From contig JBBIJQ010000037.1 of the NCBI GenBank assembly GCA_037445915.1, positions 1 through 18,994 of the forward strand: a stretch of DNA of 18,994 nucleotides, read 5' to 3'. How positions within the stretch are numbered: position 1 is the first letter of the stretch; each line of letters starts with the position of its first letter. Under the pieces are notes generated by a model. It was given only the letters and a program-made list of their open reading frames with translations. It had not been told where the DNA came from and searched no databases. The position numbers were made by a program, and so were the translations under genes. This DNA is from Planctomycetales bacterium (GTDB lineage: Bacteria; 4484-113). This document shows, in pieces, positions 1-6,761 of the stretch.

Positions 1-551
1 CAGAGGTCCGGCGCAGGTAGCTCAATCGTCGGCCTGTCCTTGCCAGCAGGCTCGCCGCCCGCATCGGCAAGCAACGGCAACTTTACTCCGCCGCCGCATG
101 CGACGGCTGCTTCGCGCGCAATGCCAAGGTGCGAGAGCAGGTCGCCACGGTTGCTGACGACTGCGAAATCAATCACGCAGTCGGCTTCCACATCAGCCTT
201 CGCCTTGCCGTCGGGAATGCACAGCGGAAAGCGCACAGGCGCAATGCCCAGCTCGTCAAGCGTGGGTATTGCATCGCCGGTGGCAAGCACGTTGTAGCCA
301 TTGGGGATGTTTCCGGCGCGCGAAGCAAGCGTAAACGGCTTGCCGCAGCCGCATTCAACTTCGTAGCTAAACTGCGCTTCATCACCCGGAAGCCTGCGCA
401 ACACTTTCACCGCCTGCAACGGCCCTGCTGCGTCCGCAAGCGGCGTGATGACTTCTGCCTCAACGCCGCGCTCGGTGAGCATCTTCGCAAGCTCAGCCGC
501 GCCCGGCAGGCCGTCAACGAATTCCGCAAGCCATGAGTAAAGTATCCGCAT
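1..551 (-). CDS. pheT: Phenylalanine--tRNA ligase beta subunit, N-terminal part (runs off the window start)
   Basis: Manual translation from ATG at 551 gives MRILYSWLAEFVDGLPGAAELAKMLTERGVE...DELGI...VIDFAVVSNRGDLLSHLGIAREAA...ELPAPDL. This matches the PheT N-terminus (SWLxEfv) and the NRGD(C/L)LSxxGIARE motif. The frame is open to position 1. Confidence 0.9.
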   Translation of the reverse strand, partial: MRILYSWLAEFVDGLPGAAELAKMLTERGVEAEVITPLADAAGPLQAVKVLRRLPGDEAQFSYEVECGCGKPFTLASRAGNIPNGYNVLATGDAIPTLDELGIAPVRFPLCIPDGKAKADVEADCVIDFAVVSNRGDLLSHLGIAREAAVACGGGVKLPLLADAGGEPAGKDRPTIELPAPDL

Positions 552-570
552 ATGCAGCCCCTAAACCGCG

Positions 571-579
571 ATTATACCA
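571..579 (-). promoter_or_regulatory. Extended -10 promoter for pheT
   Basis: The minus strand reads TGgTATAAT about 19 nt upstream of the pheT ATG, with an AGGGG SD-like sequence in between. Confidence 0.6.
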
Positions 580-624
580 GAGCGGCACCGCTGTGTTATC
601 TGCGAGGTGCGCTATCATAATCAA

Positions 625-1152
625 ATGGCCGACAACACGATGAACCCTGACTTGAATTACATCTACCGCCGCAGGAGCATCCGTAAATACGACTCCTCGC
701 GCCCGGTGGAGTCGGAGAAGGTCGCCGACCTCCTCAAAGCCGCGATGGCTGCGCCGACCGCGCGCAACACGCAGGGCTGGCGCTTCATCGTCGTGGACAA
801 GCGCGAAGACCTGGACGCACTCGCCGACCATTACCCCAACGCGGCGATGCTGCGAGAGGCAACGCTGTGCATCGTGCCGGTGGGCGACGCCAACGACTTT
901 TACCACCACCAAAACTGCGCCGCCGCGACGCAAAACATCCTCCTCGCGGCGCCCGCGCTCGGCCTCGGCACGTGCTGGTGCGGCGTGAACCCCGACCGCC
1001 ACGGCTGGGCGCACGAATTCTTCGGCGTGCCCGAAGGCTGGTGGGTCTTCGCCCTCATCGCCGTCGGCTACCCCCTTGAGGAGAAACCACCGAACACCTG
1101 GTATGAGCCTGCGAAGGTCTTTCACGGCAGGTGGGATAAGGGTCGGGAGTAG
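625..1152 (+). CDS. Nitroreductase family protein
   Basis: Motifs RRSIRKY, AMAAPTARNTQGWRFIVV, QNILLAA..LGLGTCW and IAVGYP. ATG 625 lies 6 nt after TATCAT. ATG 640 is an alternative start. Confidence 0.93.
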   Translation: MADNTMNPDLNYIYRRRSIRKYDSSRPVESEKVADLLKAAMAAPTARNTQGWRFIVVDKREDLDALADHYPNAAMLREATLCIVPVGDANDFYHHQNCAAATQNILLAAPALGLGTCWCGVNPDRHGWAHEFFGVPEGWWVFALIAVGYPLEEKPPNTWYEPAKVFHGRWDKGRE

Positions 1153-1201
1153 GTAGCAACACGCGTTTGGTATTGTATTCATAATTGAAAGGGGAGATAG
1201 G

Positions 1202-1852
1202 ATGAAACCCAACTTACTGATAGCTACATTGCTCTTGGCAGGCAGCTTGTTTATTACTACAGCCGCGCGCGCTGACTCGCCGGTGACATCAACGCCGTTC
1301 GCGAATGCATATCTGGATCTGGGCGTTGTCTCAAATTCGCTGGAGACGGGGATGCTGTCGCTGGAGACGGCGCAGTTCCTAAGCTCATGGGACGTGCCCG
1401 TGGACGCGAAGGCCGCGGTGTGCAACGCGCTTGGATGGGACTATGAAGGCAAGAACAACGCCGTGCGCTTTGGCTGGTACTTGTCCTTAAAATACTGGGG
1501 CGAGGTGCAAGTGCCGCTCACGCTAAACGAGCGGACGAAAGAGTGGCTTAGCGCCGACGAGTTGATGTGCGTAGGCTATCTCATGGCTCTGGACGATTAC
1601 TTTCACCCGGGGCGCGCCCTAGCGTGGCTACAAGCCGCCCGCGAGAAGCGCCCCGAAAGTTACACTATCGCAATGATTGAAGCTATCGTCAGCGGCCAAA
1701 TTAACTTTGACAGCGACTGGCCGTCGATCTGGAACGGCGTTGAAATCGTACTCAACAACGAATCGCTGAAGATGGACATGCGCCCCGAAGCCATCACCAT
1801 CATCTGCGACTACATGATCCTCTACCAGGACGAGAACGGCCCCAAGGGGTAG
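1202..1852 (+). CDS. Secreted hypothetical protein
   Basis: SD GGGGAG upstream. Sec-type signal peptide MKPNLLIATLLLAGSLFITTAARA|DSP, followed by a mostly helical-looking acidic body. Confidence 0.8.
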   Translation: MKPNLLIATLLLAGSLFITTAARADSPVTSTPFANAYLDLGVVSNSLETGMLSLETAQFLSSWDVPVDAKAAVCNALGWDYEGKNNAVRFGWYLSLKYWGEVQVPLTLNERTKEWLSADELMCVGYLMALDDYFHPGRALAWLQAAREKRPESYTIAMIEAIVSGQINFDSDWPSIWNGVEIVLNNESLKMDMRPEAITIICDYMILYQDENGPKG

Positions 1853-2026
1853 GGTCGTTCGCGCAGCGCCTGTTATGTAATGGCCTTCGCAACGCTATAA
1901 TTGAAATGTGCTTGGGAATCAGCCCCACCGCCTGAGCTTTACCTGAAGTAATACCTACACAAGTGTTTTCATCGCTGTTTGGTGGTAGAATACACCAGGC
2001 CGATAACCATGCGGCCTTGGTGACAT

Positions 2027-2629
2027 ATGGGACTGCCGAAAGCAGCGAAAAAAGGTATCTTCAGCATTGAGGGCGACTGGAACCCTGACTTGCGGAAACA
2101 CTACTCCGTAGAGGCGGGCCTGCGCCTGCTCAAGGAAGCGGAGGGCATTCCCTACATCCACCGCCGCGTGGGAACCGCTGAGGAGTTTGAGTACTACCTC
2201 CACCAGTGGACGCTCAAGAAATACGAGGGGTATCCAATCCTCTACCTGTCGTTTCACGGCGGGCCTGAGGGCTTCTGGCTGCCCGAAGACAAAAAGCGCC
2301 GGAACACTGTGACGCTGGATATGCTCGGCGACCTGCTTGAGGACAAGTGCCGTGGGCGCATCATCCATCTCGGCGCATGCGCGACGATGGCGATGCACAA
2401 TTCGCGTCCCAAGAAGTTTATGCAGAAAACCAGCGCGCTGGCGGTGTGCGGCTACACCGAAGAAGTTGGCTGGACGGTGAGCACCGCGTTTGAAGTAATC
2501 CTGTTTTACAGAATGCAGCGCCGCGCCTTCAACCGCGCAGGCGCCCAGCGCATCCACCGCGACGTGGACATGCTCGCCAAAGGCCTCGTGCAGAAGCTCG
2601 GCTTCAAGATGAAGGTCCGCTCAGCCTAG
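2027..2629 (+). CDS. DUF6642-like protein, predicted caspase/CHAT (clan CD) fold
   Basis: Motifs IFSIEGDW, YIHRRVGTAEEFEYYL, ILYLSFHG (H77), IIHLGAC (C118) and VCGYTEEVGW. Family recognised from memory. Confidence 0.7.
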   Translation: MGLPKAAKKGIFSIEGDWNPDLRKHYSVEAGLRLLKEAEGIPYIHRRVGTAEEFEYYLHQWTLKKYEGYPILYLSFHGGPEGFWLPEDKKRRNTVTLDMLGDLLEDKCRGRIIHLGACATMAMHNSRPKKFMQKTSALAVCGYTEEVGWTVSTAFEVILFYRMQRRAFNRAGAQRIHRDVDMLAKGLVQKLGFKMKVRSA

Positions 2630-3697
2630 TTACTTCCCCTCCGCGGCCTTTCCGAAGGCCTGCCAGAAGGGGTCAACGCGCGGATGAACTAGCTCGCGCT
2701 TCATGCCGCCCTCAAAGACGTTCATACCCTCAGCCTTGGGCACGACTTCGCCCACGATGGACGATGGAATGCCCTTGGCGCTCAGGCGCTGCACGACTTC
2801 ATCAGCCTTGTGCGGACGGCATGTGACTATGAGCGTGCCTTCGCTGATGCTGGAGTATGGGTCAATGCCGAAGAGATTGCAGACCTTCGCGATGATGGGC
2901 TGGAGGATAATGTCGTCCTTGTAAATCGCCATGCCGACGCCGGACGCCTCGGCGACTTCAAACAGGCCGCCCCAGATGCCGCACTCCGTTGCATCGTGCA
3001 TTGATGTGACGCCGTCGCCGCGTACTCCGGCTTCCACCGCTGTGAGCGCGTCGTCAACGACGCTCATCTGCCAGAAGACCTCCTCGGCCTCGCGCGCCGC
3101 CGCTTCGCCGTAAGCCGCAGCCACGCGCTGCGGGTAGGTGCAAGCGAACAGGCCGGCAGCTTCAATGGCTGCGCCCTTAGTGATGATGACGCGGTCGCCC
3201 ACGCGCGCCATTGTGGGCGTGACGTATTTGTCCGCGTCGCCGATGCAGATAACCGTCGCACCGCCAACCATGGGATAGCCGCAGCCCTCGTAACGGCCAG
3301 TGTGGCCAGAGACTATGGCCATGCCTATCTTGTCGCACTCGCGATGGATGACGCGCCACATCTCGTCTAGCTCGTCGCGCGTGATGGTCATCGGTAGGTT
3401 TAGGTCAATGGTCATATAAGTAGGTGCTAGGCCAGAGGTCACGGCGTCGCTGGCGAGGATGTGCACTGCGAACCATGCGCTGCGCTCCCAGCCATACGGC
3501 GGGACGATAAACACGGGGTCGGTGGTAGTGACCATTACGCGCCCACCGCCGATATCGCATACACCGATGTCAACTCCGTGCTGCGGGCCTACGAGGACTG
3601 TGTCGCGCCTGCGCCCGAGCTGGGGCAGGAATATCTCGTTGAATATCTCCGGCGACACTTTGCCGATGGCGGGAAGGTTAGATTTGCCGTTGCTCAT
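2630..3697 (-). CDS. AIR synthase-related (PurM/ThiL/HypE/SelD fold) ATP-binding protein, TPP-riboswitch controlled
   Basis: Motifs GPQHGVDIG, TTTDP, ILASD, SGHTG, ITKG, MHDATECG and SEGTL. SD AGGAG upstream. The HypE C-terminal PRIC motif is absent. Confidence 0.88.
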   Translation of the reverse strand: MSNGKSNLPAIGKVSPEIFNEIFLPQLGRRRDTVLVGPQHGVDIGVCDIGGGRVMVTTTDPVFIVPPYGWERSAWFAVHILASDAVTSGLAPTYMTIDLNLPMTITRDELDEMWRVIHRECDKIGMAIVSGHTGRYEGCGYPMVGGATVICIGDADKYVTPTMARVGDRVIITKGAAIEAAGLFACTYPQRVAAAYGEAAAREAEEVFWQMSVVDDALTAVEAGVRGDGVTSMHDATECGIWGGLFEVAEASGVGMAIYKDDIILQPIIAKVCNLFGIDPYSSISEGTLIVTCRPHKADEVVQRLSAKGIPSSIVGEVVPKAEGMNVFEGGMKRELVHPRVDPFWQAFGKAAEGK

Positions 3698-3749
3698 AAC
3701 GCGCTCCTATGCGAAATTGTGCCGCAGGGGAGGGGAGTTTCATACAGTG

Positions 3750-3826
3750 CCGTGTTCCCTACGCCGGTATTATCCGGATCAGGTGCAAAGGGTTAATCTC
3801 AGCCTTTGAGGGCTCCCCTAACGACC
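3750..3826 (-). ncRNA. TPP (THI-box) riboswitch aptamer
   Basis: The minus strand reads TAGGGGAGCC-CTCAAA-GGCTGAGA-TTAACCCTTTGCACCTGATCCGGATAATACCGGCGTAGGGAA. It has the hallmark GCTGAGA, ACCTGAT, P5 CCGG/TAAT/CCGG and GCGTAGGGA elements. Confidence 0.95.
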
Positions 3827-3832
3827 GTTGCG

Positions 3833-3861
3833 AGTCTATCACTAACTCAGATAGAAGACAA
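3833..3861 (-). promoter_or_regulatory. Sigma70 promoter driving the TPP riboswitch transcript
   Basis: The minus strand reads TTGTCT-17 bp-TAGACT with a TG extension. The predicted TSS near 3826 coincides with the aptamer 5' end. Confidence 0.7.
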
Positions 3862-3869
3862 GCGTGGGC

Positions 3870-4967
3870 TTAGCGGTTGCGGACGCGCATCAAAATGATG
3901 CCCGACAAGAAGACTGCGCCGTTGGGAATCCATGCAGCGACTGAAGGCAATATCATCCCCCCGCGCCCCATCTGCATTGATAGAGTGTAAAGCAGGAAGT
4001 AGAGTAGGACGATGAGCAGGGACAAGCCCATGCCCATAGAGGTTGACGAGCGCAGGGGTATGATGGCCAGTGGCACACCAATGAGGACAAAAAAGAGCGG
4101 CGAAAATGGGATGGAGAATTTAAAGAAGTACTCAACCTGGAACCGGCGGATCGTCCGTGCGTCCATTCCCGACTCTTTTTGATAGCTGATAATTTTACGC
4201 AGGTCAAAGACGGACAGCTCGCCGGGGTTTTTGCTCTTGAGCGCGATGTCGGCGGGGCTGAGGTCAAAGTCCGGCACTACCCACTCGTCAAACTTCGTGG
4301 TTACAACACCTTCGCTGAGGAAGCTATGCACCTTGCCACTGTAGAAACTCCAGCGCGAGCCATCCCATCGGGCGTTCTGCGCTTGCAAATGCCAAGAGTA
4401 TTCATGGGTTCGAGGGTCAAATGAGAGCAGGTTCAAGTCTTTGAGGTTTGCGTTTTCCAGCCTGTCCGCAAGCAGCAAATAGCTCAAGTAGCCTTGCCGG
4501 TAAAAATTGAGGCTGACCTTGTTTTGCGCAACCCGCCCGGTCTTTTCCTGGATGATGCGCTGCTTGATTGTCTCGAAGCGGTAATTGGCATATGGGGCAA
4601 TCTGCTCGTTGAGGATAAACGTGATGAGCGAGAGCACTAAGGCGAAAAACAGTATTGGCAGGGTAATGCGGTAAAGGCTGACACCTGCGGCGCGCAATGC
4701 CGTAATCTCAGAATCCCCTGAAAGCCTACCGACAGCGAGCAACGTCCCGCTAAGCATCGCCATAGGAAACGTGTAAACAACCCATTGAGGCAGGGATAGC
4801 AGCAGGAGTTCCAGGAAGACATCAGCGCCTACGCCGTACTTAATGATGAAATCCAAAAGCGGCTTTAGAAGAGCCGCGCCTATTATAAGAACTAGAAAAG
4901 CGAATGTGGCGAACAGGAACGGCGGAGTTAGCTCAATCATCACCAGCCGGTCAATGCGCTTCAACAC
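3870..4967 (-). CDS. LptF/LptG family LPS export permease
   Basis: Three N-terminal TM helices, RLSGDSEITALRAAGVSLYR, a periplasmic beta-rich segment (AQNARWDGSRW) and three C-terminal TMs ending AAWIPN. Start placed at GTG 4967. Confidence 0.9.
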   Translation of the reverse strand: MLKRIDRLVMIELTPPFLFATFAFLVLIIGAALLKPLLDFIIKYGVGADVFLELLLLSLPQWVVYTFPMAMLSGTLLAVGRLSGDSEITALRAAGVSLYRITLPILFFALVLSLITFILNEQIAPYANYRFETIKQRIIQEKTGRVAQNKVSLNFYRQGYLSYLLLADRLENANLKDLNLLSFDPRTHEYSWHLQAQNARWDGSRWSFYSGKVHSFLSEGVVTTKFDEWVVPDFDLSPADIALKSKNPGELSVFDLRKIISYQKESGMDARTIRRFQVEYFFKFSIPFSPLFFVLIGVPLAIIPLRSSTSMGMGLSLLIVLLYFLLYTLSMQMGRGGMILPSVAAWIPNGAVFLSGIILMRVRNR

Positions 4968-4973
4968 GGCGCG

Positions 4974-4998
4974 ATTGTAGCACAGCACCTGCTATACT
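4974..4998. promoter_or_regulatory. Back-to-back extended -10 promoters for lptF/G (-) and mutM (+)
   Basis: Minus strand TGcTACAAT (4982-4974) lies 6 nt before the GTG. Plus strand TGcTATACT (4990-4998) precedes SD AGGAG and ATG 5019. Confidence 0.6.
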
Positions 4999-5018
4999 CT
5001 TTAGCCCTAGGAGCGCTA

Positions 5019-5849
5019 ATGCCCGAACTTCCTGAAGTTGAACAAGTGCGAAGGACACTCAGCTCTAAGCTGACCGGCCAGCTTGTTGCTTCCGTGCGCC
5101 TATTTTTCCCGCAAAGGGTGTTTGCAGTGTCGCCAACGGAGTTTCGCAAGGGGATTGCAGGCGCGCACGTGAAGAAGCTGGCACGCCGAGGCAAGGTGCT
5201 ACTGCTCCACATGGACAACCAAAAGACAGCGCTCATCGGGCTTGGCATGACAGGGCGGTTTGCAGTTGAGACTTCGCTGGAGCCGGTGGACCACTTGCTG
5301 GCTGCCTTTACGATAGGACACAACAAGTTTGTGAAGCTTTATGACATGCGCCGTTTCAGCCGCCTGTCGGTCGCTAACACCCAGCAGCTAGACGAACACT
5401 CATTTATAAGAGGCCTTGGTTGGGAGTTTGACGACCGCCGCCTGAACCCGCATATGCTTTACAAGGAGATGCAGCGCTTCCGCAAGAAGAGCATCAAGGA
5501 AGTCCTGCTTGACCAGTCGGCTATCGCCGGCATCGGCAACATTTACGCCAACGAGATATTATTCGCCGCGAAGATAAACCCGGAACGCGAAGCTAACACG
5601 CTGAACCAAGACACATGCAGCGTGCTGCTTGGGCACACTCGGAAAATACTTCGCCGCGCTATTGAGCTTGGCGGTTCAACTGTGCGCGACTTCCGCGACG
5701 CTGATGGGCATGAAGGCAAGTATGCGAAGGAACTGCATGTGTACCTGATGGAAGGCGCGCCCTGCCCGCGCTGCGGCAAGGGAAAAGTAATAGTACGAAT
5801 CGTTCAAGGCGGCCGCAGCACTTTTTGCTGCAAAAACTGCCAGCGCTGA
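5019..5849 (+). CDS. mutM: Formamidopyrimidine-DNA glycosylase / AP lyase (Fpg)
   Basis: N-terminal MPELPEVE, RRGK, LGMTG, the H2TH motif LLDQ..IAGIGNIYANE and a C-terminal zinc finger CPRC...RSTFCCKNCQ. Confidence 0.95.
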   Translation: MPELPEVEQVRRTLSSKLTGQLVASVRLFFPQRVFAVSPTEFRKGIAGAHVKKLARRGKVLLLHMDNQKTALIGLGMTGRFAVETSLEPVDHLLAAFTIGHNKFVKLYDMRRFSRLSVANTQQLDEHSFIRGLGWEFDDRRLNPHMLYKEMQRFRKKSIKEVLLDQSAIAGIGNIYANEILFAAKINPEREANTLNQDTCSVLLGHTRKILRRAIELGGSTVRDFRDADGHEGKYAKELHVYLMEGAPCPRCGKGKVIVRIVQGGRSTFCCKNCQR

Positions 5850-5859
5850 GGCTAATTCA

Positions 5860-6759
5860 ATGCAACAGAACTCTCCTGTCTTAGTTATCCACGCGGGCGC
5901 GGGCCCTATATCTCCTGAACATTATGCTAGAAATCGTCCCGGTGTAGGCGATGTGCTGGCCAAAGTTGCTCCGCGGCTTGCATCTGGCGCGCCGGCAATG
6001 GAGGCGGTCGAGTTAGCAGTGCGGATGCTTGAAGATGATCCGCGTTTCAACGCTGGCATCGGGTCTTCATTGCGCCTGGACGGGAGCATCCGCTTTGACG
6101 CCTCAATAATGGATGGCTCAGAGTTAAAGGGCGCAGGCATCGCCGCTGTTCGCGGTGTGCCGAACCCAATTTCGTTGGCGCGCTTAGTTCTGGAACGCAC
6201 ACCTCATGTTTTACTAGCTGGAGAGAATGCCGCTGAATTTGCGGTTGATTGCGGCATTGACTTGCTCCCCGACAATTACTTCATTACCGAGGAGCGGCGA
6301 AAGCTTTGGGAAAAGAAGTTGATGGCAGGCGAGACACCTGGTGACCAGGTTTACTCAAGCGGTGGGACGGTGGGCGCGGTGGCGCTAGACAGGCAAGGAA
6401 GGCTCGCAGCCGGAACCTCCACTGGCGGGCTGATTATGTCCATGGCTGGTCGCGTGGGCGACTCTCCGATACTCGGCGCGGGCACTTATGCTGACGATGT
6501 AGCCGCTGCGTCGTGCACCGGCGTCGGCGAATCCATCATGCGCATCTTAATGGCGAAGACCGCATCTGACTATGTGCGACAGGGAATGAGCGCGCAGGAA
6601 GCATCTAGCGAAGTAGTCAAGCTGCAAAAAGAGAAGACGCCCGGAACCTCTGGGCTGATATTGCTCAGCGCTGAAGGCGGCATAGGAATTGCATTCAATT
6701 CATTGGCGATGAACAGGGGTTACTGGACTGAGAGCGAAGGCGTGATTGTGCCCGAGTAA
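5860..6759 (+). CDS. iaaA: Isoaspartyl peptidase / L-asparaginase (Ntn hydrolase)
   Basis: Motifs IHAGAG, LEDDPRFNAG, DASIMDG, G|TVGAVA (nucleophilic Thr), STGG, GRVGDSP and TGVGE. Confidence 0.9.
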   Translation: MQQNSPVLVIHAGAGPISPEHYARNRPGVGDVLAKVAPRLASGAPAMEAVELAVRMLEDDPRFNAGIGSSLRLDGSIRFDASIMDGSELKGAGIAAVRGVPNPISLARLVLERTPHVLLAGENAAEFAVDCGIDLLPDNYFITEERRKLWEKKLMAGETPGDQVYSSGGTVGAVALDRQGRLAAGTSTGGLIMSMAGRVGDSPILGAGTYADDVAAASCTGVGESIMRILMAKTASDYVRQGMSAQEASSEVVKLQKEKTPGTSGLILLSAEGGIGIAFNSLAMNRGYWTESEGVIVPE

Positions 6760-6761
6760 GG

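Noticed and set aside
40-536. ORF-track calls 40..297, 129..536 and 173..385
   Set aside because: All overlap the real pheT frame (minus strand, from 551), which has clear family motifs.
514-1425. 303-aa minus-strand ORF
   Set aside because: Antisense shadow of the GC3-rich nitroreductase and the secreted protein, with no recognisable motifs.
2021-2023. In-frame TGA as possible selenocysteine or readthrough
   Set aside because: It would add only six N-terminal residues in a non-catalytic position, and I see no recognisable SECIS.
1955-2557. 200-aa minus-strand ORF
   Set aside because: Antisense to the DUF6642-like gene, with no motifs.
2630-3697. Annotation as hydrogenase maturation protein HypE or as ThiL
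   Set aside because: No C-terminal PRIC cysteine and no hyp genes nearby. The motifs also differ from canonical ThiL.
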